Below are positions 1 through 12,466 of a DNA stretch of 64,000 nucleotides, in pieces. The translations under genes and the position numbers were made by a program. Numbering within the stretch: position 1 is the stretch's first letter; the number at the start of each line of letters is the position of its first letter. Source of the DNA: Sminthopsis crassicaudata (Eukaryota); NCBI RefSeq assembly GCF_048593235.1, contig NC_133619.1, positions 297,118,454 to 297,182,453 on the forward strand. The letters are read 5' to 3'. The notes beneath the pieces are model-generated. The model saw nothing but the letters and a program-made list of their open reading frames with translations, had not been told where the DNA came from and did no database searches.

Positions 1-153
1 ATATATTTTACAAAATACCCTTGTCCCAAATACTTATATGCATTTAATTAAGTTATATGTATATTATTTTCTCTCAGTAAAATGTAATCAATGAAGGCAG
101 GAGTTTTCTATTTTTTTTTTGTCTTTCTCTTCTTAATGCTCAGTACTCAGTAA

Positions 154-812
154 ACCAGGCATTCGTGTGCTGTGGACCCCTTTAGCAGTCCAGTGAACCT
201 ATTTCATAATAATATTTTATGAAGCCCTTTTATTTTCCTTTACTTTTAATATTATTTTTTTTTCCAATTACATGTGATAATAGCTTTCAACATTCATTTT
301 TATAAGATTTTAAGTTCCAAATTTTCCTCCCTCCCTTCTTCCCCAAGATAGCAAGCAATTTGATAGAAATTTTATAGGTTATATTACAATCCTGTTAAAC
401 ATAATTCCACATTAGTCATGTTGTGAAAAAAGAAACAACATAAAAGAAAAAACACAAAAGAAACAAAAGTGAAAAGTATGTTTCAATCTGCATAGTTCTT
501 TCTCTGGATGTGAATAGCATTTTTCATCATAAATCTTTTGGAATTATCTTGGATGGTTGCTGAGAAGAACAAAGTCAATCATAGTTGATCATTGCACAAT
601 GTTACTGTTACTATATACAGTGTTTTCCTGATTCTACTCACTTTACTCAGCATTCCTTCATCTAAGTCTTAGAGAAGCCCTTTTCAGATTAATGTTTTTA
701 AATGCACAAAATAAAATACATCTGATTACAAAGGAAACCAATTATATGAAAATGCAGTAGCCAAATTTAAAACAAACAAAAAGTTCATATACTAGATCTA
801 GGTTGACATTTG
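154..812 (+). mobile_element. Non-autonomous hAT/Charlie (MER-type) DNA transposon split by the L1 fragment (pieces about 154-231 and 674-812)
   Basis: ggacccctttagcagtccagtgaa...ttttcagattaatgtttttaaatgcacaaaataaaatacatctgattacaaaggaaaccaattat. A second, uninterrupted inverted copy lies at about 49800-49985. Confidence 0.7.
232..673 (-). mobile_element. 5'-truncated L1 3'UTR fragment inserted in a hAT-type element
   Basis: Reversed L1 3'UTR motifs. Flanked by a perfect 11-bp TSD GAAGCCCTTTT at 221-231 and 674-684. Confidence 0.82.
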
Positions 813-1086
813 TTGAAATTAAATTATTACAAAGTATCAAGCAGGCAATCACAATATAATAAGCCGTGAAAACCAATGCCAAGTTCTAGTTGTGGTTTCT
901 TTTAAGGTGAGAAGAAAGAGCTGTTCCTGAAACTTTTAAAGCTTTTAGAGCCTTTCCCAGGTCATTCAACCTCCTTCTCTGAATTCCCCAACCCTATTTC
1001 ATTCTTGGTTATCATGAATTAGAATTTCCTGCTTCTTGGTGTCAGGGTGCCCCCAGAGCCACAATACAAAAAGGGATCATGTTCAT

Positions 1087-1184
1087 GCTTGCCTCCATGA
1101 GCTTGCCTCCATGAGCTTGCCTCCATGAGCTTGCCTCCATGAGCTTGCCTCCATGAGCTTGCCTCCATGAGCTTGCCTCCATGA
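1087..1184. repeat. Perfect minisatellite (GCTTGCCTCCATGA)x7
   Basis: Seven identical 14-bp units counted directly, followed by a degenerate gcctctatgagct. Confidence 0.97.
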
Positions 1185-1929
1185 GCCTCTATGAGCTGGC
1201 CCTGAATAACAAAAGCTCTTTCTTCCCAGCTAGAAAAGCATTTTCTCTCTTGCTCATGCCCTTAGGACATGGCAGGCAGAGCAGGTGAGGGCTGATACAA
1301 TGTCCTACTCTACATTTTCCTACCTCTCCCCTTTTGTCCTTTCATTTTATAGCACTTAATAATTCCTTTTTCTCTTCATTTTCTGTCACTCAAAGATACC
1401 TAGCTCTCCATGAAAGATAACGCATCACTAGCTATCCCTTCACTGCTGGTTGAACCTTTTTCATATTTTTAACTCTCTGTTTACAGCAGGAGAGTCAAAA
1501 TACTACTTGATCTCCATTTCCACTTCTAGACTTTCCCTGTACCACTATAATTCATCAACCTTTCTTCCTCTGAGATTCATTTAATCCAGATTTATCAATT
1601 AATGCAAAATCTGCTACCTATCTTCCTTCTCCCTCTCCCTCTCTCTCCCCCTTTTCCTTTCTGTCTCCCACTCCCGCTCCTTCTCCCTCCCAGTATTATC
1701 CACTGCACCACCTAGCTGTCTTTATGACTCCTTAGAGATTGCCAATCCTCTCTTTGCAGAGAGAGAAAATGAGCTCAAGAGAGAGTAAATAGCGTTTCTA
1801 GGATCACACAGGTGGAAAGCCACATCCCAATTCAATTCCTTTGACTTCAAAATCTAGTGCTCTTTTGTTGCTTTTTCCCTGATTCTGCATCCTGTTAGGG
1901 TGTTAAATATTTGTATCTGCTATGGTTAC

Positions 1930-3420
1930 TAAGAAATACTTTATTATAACAATGAGACATTGTGAATGTTCTCCCAACATTACCAATAGTCTCTAAATTT
2001 CCTAAACAAGTGGACTTTTCTCAATCCTTACACCTGATCTTTCTGCTATGTTTGATTTTGATGATCACCACCACCCACCATCTGGATACTCTCTTTTCTC
2101 TGGTCTTTGATGATTCTCACTTAATTCTGTTTCTACTTGTCTGATTGGGCCTTCTAAGTCTTCTTTGCTGGATCTTGAACATTCATTCATGACATATGCA
2201 CTAATCATGAAAACCTCACAAGACAAAAAAAAAAATCTCTGTGTACTCTTCCTTTTTCTTTTTTATCCTCTCATTTGAAGGCTTCTATGTAGATGATTCT
2301 CAGAGCTAATTATTTTCTTCTAGTATCTCTCCTGGACTCTAATCATCACCTATTGGCTGCTCTGTAAACATTGTAAATCCTGATTATCGAAAACAGAATT
2401 TATTTTCTTTTATCCCAAAACTATTCCTATTCCAAATGTCCTTATTACATTTTTCTAGAGGCAGAGTTAAATAACTTGCCCAGGGTCAGAAAGCTAGTAA
2501 GTGTCTGAGCTGGATTTCAAATAAGGTCCTCCTGACTCTAAGACTGGTACTCTATTCACTGTGCCACATCCCTGTTATATTTAAGGTAACCATCCTACCA
2601 ATCACCAAAGCTCCATCCCTCAATGTCTTCCTCAATTCCACACTCATTCACTATATGTATTCATTATATATGTGATATATATAATATATGTATATGCATA
2701 TATGGAACATATGTAATATATGTTACATATGTAACATGTATGTAATATGTAATAAGTTACTAAATCCTGTCATTTTTTCCACATTTCTCAGATTCATCAT
2801 CTCTTCTCCATTCTTACTTTCACCATGTTTTACTTGGACTGTTACAATAGCCTTCTAATTGCACTTCCTCTCTAACTCCTCTTCCCTGTATTCAGGAGCC
2901 AAAGTGATTTTCAAAAGGTTTGATCTCTCTATGTTAACTCTACTCAGTAAACTCTTCTGGTTCCCTATGGCTACTCAAATATCAACTCCTATTTGTTACA
3001 TAAAGCTCATTACAATATGACTTCTTTCTACATTTCCATTATTCTTACACATAACTTCCCTCTGAAGTCCAGTGATGCTGAGCTACTTACTGTTCTTCCT
3101 ATGCAATATTCTATTTTACCTTTTTGTAGGTTTGCATTGTTTCCTCTCCTTAGACAACTCTCCTGTTTACCATAGCATTGTACACTCCTAACTTCCTTCA
3201 CGAATCAGTTTAAACTGTACTTTCTGCAGGAGACTTTTCCTGGTTTTCCCAGTTCTTGGTGCCTTCTCCTCAAAGGGTACGTTCATTCTATATACCTATG
3301 ATTTCTCCCTTCAGTAAATAAGCTCATTGAGGGAAGGGACCTTTTTTCTATTATCTCCTTATCATTTGGTACAATATTTGGAACAAAGTAAATGCTTAAT
3401 AAATATCTGTTGTTGATTGA
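1930..3420 (+). mobile_element. Ancient L2 remnant interrupted by a MIR-type SINE and a (TA)-rich tract
   Basis: Pyrimidine-rich L2-like body ending in the L2 tail aatgcttaataaatatctgttgttgattga (about 3391-3420). Confidence 0.65.
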
Positions 3421-3769
3421 TTAAATAATAATGGAATCCTGGCACTTTGAAGCAACATTAGAGCCCTCATTAGGAAGGGAACCCTGAATTTTTCAAGTGA
3501 GAAAACTGAGACTTGGAGAAATGAAGTGACTTGCCTGAAGACATAGCTCTTTGGTGATGCTAGCAGTGGAAATGGAATATGTTTCCTATTGCCTAGCCTA
3601 GTACAGTCATCCCTTCTACATTGAGATTTTCCCCACCAAGATTTCAATATAGCACAGAAGAAATTAAATGGGAATTTGTGAGAGTTTTGTGAAAGCCATA
3701 GATGGATGACACATGAAGACCAAGCAGATGACAGAAAAAGTTTAGAAACTCAGAAATGCATAAAATATA

Positions 3770-3950
3770 CTTATAGTATTGTATAAAATCAATCTAAATG
3801 TTACAATAAGGTACTATAAACACCACATAAAAGAAAAAAGAAAAAATTCAGACTTCTTCTTTGGTATAAAGGGAGGGCCAAAAAGTTTTATGAGGGTTTT
3901 CTAAATCATAGGAGTGCTGTGCCCCCCTGAGATATGGAAGGGATAACGAT
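3770..3950. mobile_element. Possible Tigger-like DNA transposon fragment
   Basis: Ends in ...cccccctgagatatggaagggataac, resembling Tigger-type termini from recall. Boundaries are uncertain. Confidence 0.4.
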
Positions 3951-4393
3951 ACTATTTCTCATCTCTTCACCAATTTTTCTTCTTCTTTACTTGCCTATGA
4001 AAGCTTAGACACAGAGCCAAGTACTAAAATCAAACCAGCATTCTAGAATTTCTTCAAAATTCTTGCTGTAGCCTTGGGCCATTAAATAGAGCATTACATA
4101 TATGTTTTCTTGGCTTTAAATCTAGCATATTCAAGCCATTTGGCAGTTCTCCTGAGCAAAATAAGCTTCATGGAAAGGAAATACCAAAGCACAAGACAAC
4201 TAATACCAAGAAAGGTAATATTAAAATTGAATGTAAGCACCAAATGTCTGATACTTCAAATGAAATTTAGTTACTTGAGTTTGTTTATGATTTCAAGAAA
4301 TAATTTTAACAGATTGAATAAGTCTAGTTAAATAATGTCACAGGAAAACCCCTCTGCAGTGATGGCAGTAATTCCACACTGATTGTTTTTATG

Positions 4394-4530
4394 NNNNNNN
4401 NNNNNNNNNNNNNNNNNNNNNNNNNNNNNNNNNNNNNNNNNNNNNNNNNNNNNNNNNNNNNNNNNNNNNNNNNNNNNNNNNNNNNNNNNNNNNNNNNNNN
4501 NNNNNNNNNNNNNNNNNNNNNNNNNNNNNN
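4394..4530. other. Assembly gap (137 N)
   Basis: N run. Confidence 1.
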
Positions 4531-5924
4531 AATTTGAATATTATAGACTAAAAGGGGAAAAATGAAGAATCCAACACATTCCACTGCAAATAAGAGACTT
4601 TTCTTTAAGTTATACATGAACTAATATTTTAATTATAACAAATTCCTACATGGGATTCACCAAGGGGCTTTGGAAAGAAACATCTGGCAAATAATGATAT
4701 AGGAAAAGGCAGGACAGAAAAATTAGAGAGATTTCATTTCTAATAAAACAACTTCTTGCCATCTTTATGCTTCTAGCTGAAGTGTTAAACAAAAGTGAGC
4801 TATTGAATGATAATGATTTTACAACATTGTTTTCCCTAAATAGTAATATGCCCAGGCAGCCTCAACTGTCCAAAACACTTAATCAAAATGCAATTTACAT
4901 AAGACTTCCATTTTCCTTTAAGCCACAATTCTTACCAATCCCTCAGATAAAGTACACTCAAGGATATTAAGATAGATTTTTTGGAAGGAAGTTTACATCC
5001 CTAATGGATTTTTAATATCTCAGCTCTACACACACACATACACACACGTACATACACATGCAAAGCCAACAGTGCTTATTTTCTGAGCAACTTGAGATAA
5101 GCCATAGCAGTAAAAATTGACTCCTTGCATTGTCAGCAGGCACTCTCTCTGCAAGTATAAGGTAATATCTCTTTGAATACAAAAAAAAAAAAAAATCCCA
5201 ATATTTGCATAACAATGATACATAAAGATTCATAAGGTTCTTAATACTCAGGTCACATTTGAATTTCTTGAATATAGTCCCTTGCTAGTCAAAGAGGAAG
5301 GCCTCATTTGACAAGTCATTCTAAACATCCCAAGCTCTGCTTGCTTCTAAAAGTCTGACAATAACATAGAAGTTTTTCAGCTGAATGCTTTAGGCTTGAC
5401 ATTCTAATACATACAAGATAGCCAAGGTAGTATTGGTATTTGGGTTGCTGCATAAATTTACATCCTACTTTGCCAACTACTATAACTGAAATTAAAATGT
5501 TGGGATCCTCTGCAGATTTGTTGTCCTGAAGCAGACCTCCCAGAGAATCACATTTCCAGAAAGAAAGAAAGCCAACAGTCATTGAGAAGAGCTTCCAGCT
5601 GGGAAAAGGAAAGCTCGAAATTGAACCACCAGAGATAAAATCTCGCAGCCAGAATCAGGAGAAAGCAGGGATAAGGCTTTGCCTTTCATATAAGTGCATC
5701 AGTACATATTTTGAGATTGATCTCACACACACACACATACACACTTGAATTTACTAATGAGAACATAGTAGCCTCATAGGATGCAAGCTGAGTTTTTCTA
5801 CATGCAAACAACTATGCTTTAACTATGATTTAGAGAGTAAAAAGAATAATTGGAGTGATCCAAGCACAAAAATGATAGTGACTAATATAAAAGCTGGAGG
5901 GGAAAATGGCACTTATTGTGGTTT

Positions 5925-6180
5925 ATAAAGCTAGCTAGTACAATGGATAGAGCACTTAACCTGGAATCTGGAAGATCTGAGTCCAAATCTAGTCTCCCAC
6001 TCTTATTTGCTGAGGAATGCCCAGTAAGTCACTTAACCTTTGTATACTTCAGTTACTTCATCTATAAAATGGGGATAATAGTAGCACTTATTTCCCAGGG
6101 TTGTTTGGGGGATTAAGTCTTAGCACAATACCTGGAATATAGTAAATACTATATAAATGTTAGTTATTATCATTATTATT
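5925..6180 (+). mobile_element. MIR-type CORE-SINE, near full length
   Basis: tagtacaatggatagagcactt...aagtcacttaacc...catctataaaatggggataatag...aaatgttagttattat. Confidence 0.8.
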
Positions 6181-7570
6181 AAGGAATCTACTCATATTTA
6201 TTCTTCTATTCAATGTTTTGTGTGATGTCACTGATGAAGGCATTCCCACCAAAGGTATGGAGCATTACCTCTGATCACCTTCTCATCTTGTGTAAATTTT
6301 ATCCATGTTCTCTGGAAAGTCCTTCTCCTGGTAGTCACTGAATATAGCTTCTTCTAAATATCTTGACATTCTATGACTCTCAATGGAGAAGCTATTTTTA
6401 TAAAGATCATGAGATATTTGTGATTATTTTCTTTCTCCTTATTCCCTTCCCTTCCCTTGTAATTCCAGTGCTTGGCACTGGAGAAGAATTTCATAAATGC
6501 TTTCCCATTCTATTCTACATCAGAACCAAAGGAAGTATTAGGGAAGTAAAATATATAATTGATGACTCAATTCCAACATTTCTAAATTTCTTAGAATAGT
6601 TAAGTGAAATCCCTAATCATATCTGAGTCTAGTTTTCTCCCACAAGTCTAGTGTGTCTTCTCATACTTTTTTTCTTTCTTCTAATACCATATTCTAACTT
6701 GTTTCTGTGATACTGCTAAAATTATATATAATATAATAGGTTATGACATAATTTATTATGTATAGTTTATGTGTAAATAAATATAATATAATTATACTTT
6801 TAATAAAATTTATAAATTTATACAAATACTGTATTATAATGACATTATAATATTTAATATATAATAACCTACATTTATATAACTCTAAAATTTTTAAAAC
6901 ATTTTCTTTAATTCTGTTAGTTGCTATTTTTAGTAATAGTATTCACATTTTATAGATGAAGAAACTAAGAGGTTAAAGTGATTTGCTCAAACTGAAATAA
7001 CTACTTACTCTGAAAAACAAGAATATTAAAAAAACCTAACTCCAAGTCTAGAAAATTCTTTCCATTATAATATAATTTGCATTTTTAAAAATTCTGCTTT
7101 AGCCATAATTTTACTTTTTCTGTAAAACATCTTTTAATTTATTCTATTATTATGAAATAATATGTGAAAGTTGTATATTAGTCTCTTAAGAGTCAATTAT
7201 GTATATATTAAGTTTTCAAACTTCCATTCTTCCTGAAATCCTAGAATAAATCAAGGTTATTTTTTTTTCCTTTTTTGTTCTATTTTCCTTCCTTTCCCCA
7301 ACATATAAAAGTTTAATCTTCTTTACAAGATCCAGTATCTTGAAATATTTCAACTTTCCCTATGTCACTCCTGTCATTCATGATTCATCAAATGTTTAAA
7401 TTTCTTTAAATTTGGATGACAAGGTCCCCAGTTTACTTTAAATACTAAATAAATATATTTAAAAGAATGGGATAGTTATGGAATTGAAAAAAGAATCTTC
7501 TTAAAACTAAATTCTTTACAAAGGGCATGATCAGTCATCATGGAACAAAAGTAGCATTGGACTATCATAT

Positions 7571-7787
7571 TTCTTTTTTTCAATAGTAGCTTTTTTTATT
7601 TTAAAAAAATATGCAAAGATAGTTTTCAACATTCACACTTCCTAAACTTTATGTTCCAAATTCTTCTCCCTTCCTTCCTCTCATCCCCTTCCCTAGACAG
7701 GCAAATAATTCAATATATGTAAAATATATACAATTCTTCTATACACATTTCCATATTAATCATGCTGAACAAGAAAAATCAGATTAA
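7571..7787 (-). mobile_element. L1 3'UTR fragment
   Basis: gctttttttatttt...gatagttttcaacattcac...tgttccaaattc, a reversed marsupial L1 3' end. Confidence 0.7.
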
Positions 7788-8565
7788 ATGCTGGTAGGTA
7801 GGTGCTATTATGAAGCCGCTTTTATGGTTGAGGAAACAGACTCAAATAGTAGTTAAAATAACATTTTATAGTTGATTAAACTGAGGAAGGCAGAGATTAA
7901 ATGACCTACACTAATAGTAAATTATATAGGGCTGGATCTGAATTTGAATCTTTCCGACTTCAGATCTAGCACTCTATCCAAGCATTAATTAGATAACTCA
8001 ATCAAAAAGTGAAACAGTGAGTGGGGTAAAAGAAGAGAAATGACAAATATAGGAGGGAATTGTAATGTAGATGAACAGGTTCTTTTGGGTAAAAACTATG
8101 AGTAGATGACTATATGCACTATGTCTCTACAATCATGGATTATAACAAACCTTCTTTCTAGAACAATGCAAAAGGCCTGTATCAGACCTTAAAAATCAGA
8201 TCTGAAATTACTCTTATTTACATCTCCTTTATTCAATGATTCTTAAAGCTTGAGAAGACCTAATAGATAAATAAGGTGATAAGGATTTAAGCCCCTACTA
8301 TGCACCAGGGACTCTAATTTTTTACAGATATTTTAACAGCAATTTTTACAGATATCTCATTTGATCCTCACAATGACTCCATGAACCTAAATGTCATTAT
8401 AATCACCAGCTAAGGAAACTGAGGCTCAAGAAGTAAAGTGCCTTGCCAAGGTCACATAGCCAGCTAGTGGTATAAGTGAGACTTAAACATGGGCCTATTG
8501 ACTTTTGTATGGCTTATTCCAATGGATCATAATGCCACTTTTAAAATGAAATTGGTGAGCTAGAG

Positions 8566-8755
8566 CCCAGCTTTTTAAACTGTGGTTTGTGACCCTATAT
8601 GGAGTCTTGTAACTGAATGTGGGGATCACGGAACTATGATTTATTATCAGTAAATGTTTGATTTTTACCTATTTTATATACTTACATACCTGGAGTCATG
8701 TAAAAATTTCTTGGGCAAAAAGAGATCATGAGTGGAAAAAATTTAAGAAGCCCTG
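8566..8755. mobile_element. Short hAT-type MITE
   Basis: Imperfect terminal inverted repeats (cccagctttttaaac ... atttaagaagccctg) around a 190-bp body. Confidence 0.55.
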
Positions 8756-8942
8756 AGCTCAACCACAATTCAACAGCTATAATAGCTGCTTAATATATCT
8801 GCTATCATGTAATGATAGGTCTGAGGAAGTATGACAGCTCACTTTTACATAATTAAGATCAACAAGAATAATAAAGATATTTTCAGGGGATTTTAGATAC
8901 ATAGATAAGGAATACCACACAATCTTTGAAGAATTCATATGT

Positions 8943-9024
8943 AACACTTCCTAGTTGTGTGACCTTGGGCAAGTCATTTAACCCCAATTGCCTCAGCGCA
9001 AAAAAAAAAAAAAAAAAAAAAAAA
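8943..9024 (+). mobile_element. 5'-truncated young WSINE1-type SINE with A25 tail
   Basis: taacacttcctagttgtgtgaccttgggcaagtcatttaaccccaattgcctcagcgc followed by an unbroken A25 (9000-9024). Confidence 0.8.
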
Positions 9025-9479
9025 CAGAATTAGTCACAGGTCGCCCAACTCACAGGGGAGAAGTATATGAGTAGATGATGGCTACAGCACATTACTAGGA
9101 ATGACATGAAGCATGGCATCTGAAAGATGCAAGACCAGAAAAGGAGATGTTACTGAAGCAAAGAGAAGTCAGAATAACAAGCTTTATTTTCTTACTGCTT
9201 TCTTTTCTGTCTTCAATAAAAAAATATGTTGAAGCCTAGAGAAACAACAGTTTTAGAAAAATATGTCTAGTCATAAAGTCCCTGAAAGGATGAGGCTAAG
9301 ATACAGAATGTGATTCTTATCTTTGGATATTTAAAGAACTGTCACACAAAAAAAGGAATTAGAATTATCCCTCATCTCTCCCCAGGGAAGAACTAAAATC
9401 AATATGGAGGCATCATAAAGAGATGCAACATAAGTGAAGAGGAGATTGAATGAACCTATGGGGCTATTGCAGAGAACAC

Positions 9480-10400
9480 AGACCCAAAACTATACCAGGA
9501 ACTTTGGGATACCAAGGAAATGGTAGTTCATTGCTTGGCTTTGGTGAGTCAAAAACTTCTCAAGTTACTTGTGTGGACTCTTAATACCTCTCCCTATTTG
9601 GAGCATGACCTCAACTAGGTGAGTTGATACCTGAGACATTCAAGCAGAATTCTATCTCTTTTGTTTTTCCTCTTTTTTATTAGGAGAATTAGTATCCCAA
9701 GGACTTTTGGGGAGTCTAAAAGATGGTTCAATGCAGAATAATTCCAATTACCTTTTTTCATGACAGCTTTAAAAATATTCAAAGATAGGTGTCATTCTAT
9801 ACCTAACCCTTGTCATTTCAAAGGCTTTATGGACAAAAATTATTTCTGACACTGTGATGAGCCAGTGCTAAAAAGAATTTAGAGTTAGAATGTTGTCTCT
9901 TGGTAAAGTCCTTTGGTATTGCTCTCCCNNNNNNNNNNNNNNNNNNNNNNNNNNNNNNNNNNNNNNNNNNNNNNNNNNNNNNNNNNNNNNNNNNNNNNNN
10001 NNNNNNNNNNNNNNNNNNNNNNNNNNNNNNNNNNNNNNNNNNNNNNNNNNNNNNNNNNNNNNNNNNNNNNNNNGAATAGTTAGAGAAAGGAAAGAGAAGA
10101 GGAAGATCAAACTTGGCCCTTTGGGGCTGTGACTCCAGATGACAAAATGTTATTCTGATGAGGGGTGAGGAAGAGTGATTCCTTCACTATCTACTATTAT
10201 GGCTGAATTTATCACCTCTCTTATTTGAAATATGGCCTAAATCAAATGAGTTTATATTTGGGAGTTTATATTGGAGCAGATTTCTACCTTTTTGTGTTTT
10301 TTCTTTCCCAATTAGGTGAATTAGTATCTCAAGGACCTTTTGAATGTGAGCCCTTTCTTACTAAAGGACCGAGTTCCCCAATTTTAAATCTGGTCAAGCC
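9480..10400 (+). mobile_element. Two diverged LTR-like segments in tandem around an N-gap
   Basis: 9586-9708 and 10214-10341 are clearly homologous (acctctc..tatttg...aagcaga.ttcta.ct.ttt...attagg.gaattagtatc.caaggac.ttt). Termini and TSDs are not resolved. Confidence 0.45.
9929..10073. other. Assembly gap (145 N)
   Basis: N run. Confidence 1.
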
Positions 10401-12127
10401 ACATGGTTGGGTATAGGAGAAGGAGAGGCAGGTGCTCAAGCCCAGTGGACTCAGCAGCAGTTCTTTATAAGAAAGAACTTATCAACTAGGGCCATCCAAA
10501 AAATGGAACAGATTGGCTTATGAAGGCTGAGCTCCCTATGACTCAAGCTAGCACAATGCTATATACATTTTATATATCTGAAGTGTTTGATAAATATTTC
10601 TTGAATTGATTTTAATGTTGCAGTGGTGGTATAAGCATTGATTGACTAATCAAATTGAGCCATTTAATTAAAAGATCTCTAAGTTCACTTTTACTTGGTA
10701 AGCTCCATGATCTCTCGTTACTAAATCTGAGGTGATCCATATGTATTAATGATCCAATGCTGGATTTTTATGATCCTTTGAAAACTCAGCCAAAGCAAGT
10801 TGTGATACATTATTGTGATACAGGGACTATTAGTGTGCAGGAAGAAACAGTGAATTTGAAGTATACAGATAAGTATGGTCAAATTTGTGTGAATTGATAA
10901 GTGAAATAAAAGCGAAACAGAAAAGGAGAGAGAGGAGTGACTTGACTTGACAGATGAATTGATAATTAATTTATGAAATTATGAAATGGAGCAGGCACAT
11001 GAAGTTCTTTGGTTACTTGTTGGAAAAGACTACAATGGCAGTGAGATGTAGATCAACAAACATTTTAATAAGGCACAGAAGATGAAGGGGAAAATAAACA
11101 TAGAAAGCATAGAGATAAGCAGTGAAAGGAATAGAAAGGCTGATAGGGTGGGGATGGGGATGAGGTAGGGGAAGAAGTCAGGCAGCAATGGGAAATAGGA
11201 AACAGATAACAATAAAACTATGGGTAAGAATTGGGAGCACTCAGCAGCAGGAATACATATAGAGCTGAAAAAGTGCTCATAAGGGAAAATTTGGGGTCTC
11301 TTTTTATAGTTTTGGTGGAAAATGTACTTTTATCTGTGAAACCTTGGGATTTATTCATTAATGTTTCCAAATTTTCTCAAAGTTGTTTGTAAAACTTTAA
11401 AGTTACATCTACATCATTTCAAAGTTATCAGCACATTGGCGGTTCATTTGGTCTTCCGGAACTTGTCAGAGATTTACATATCCTAGGACCAAAAGGTCCC
11501 AATAACAAATAACAAAGCCAAGATGGTGTCCCCTAATTCAGCAGGATATGACTTTTGGTTGCTACATGACATAATTTATAAATTATTTTCATTTGAATTT
11601 TGGGGCAATTTGTATGGAATTTCTAGATTCCCCTTTGAAATCCTACTTCATGCTATTTCTACTTTATACTGGCTCCTGATAAACTTATTATACTGATGAA
11701 AAGAGGGTAGAGGATAGGCAACAGGACCAGAATAAAATTCAATTTTAACACAACTGATGTGTCAGTTTACTGAACACTTACTCCTCATCACCTTTTTCTT
11801 TTATTATATGTCATTCTATGTTACTAGAAATGGCTCTCTAGTAGGAAAAAATAGAATGATATATTTGAAAATGAAAACGATATATCAACAAAAACTTTAA
11901 TTTTCCAACATCAAAAAGAAAAAATGCAGCACTTCCAAAAATAAGCAATGTAGGTTAATAAAACCCGACTACCAATAATATATGAAGAAAAGTAAATGGC
12001 TCATGTCCCAACAGAACATGGAAATTTTCAAAGCTGGTCCTACAGGTTGACTTTGTCTTCTCACAAGAAAACATGCTAAAACATCCACCATGGATTTCCC
12101 TAAACAAATATGAAAGAACAATCATCA

Positions 12128-12466
<339 letters not shown>

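Noticed and set aside
1087-1184. CRISPR-like reading of the 14-bp array
   Set aside because: The units are head-to-tail with no spacers, in mammalian intron DNA. It is a minisatellite.
4394-4547. PHEX exon 6 hidden in the 137-N gap behind a strong acceptor
   Set aside because: The bases after the acceptor (TCTATAATATTCAAATT) do not encode the expected LDQA start. Exon 6 more likely lies beyond coordinate 1.
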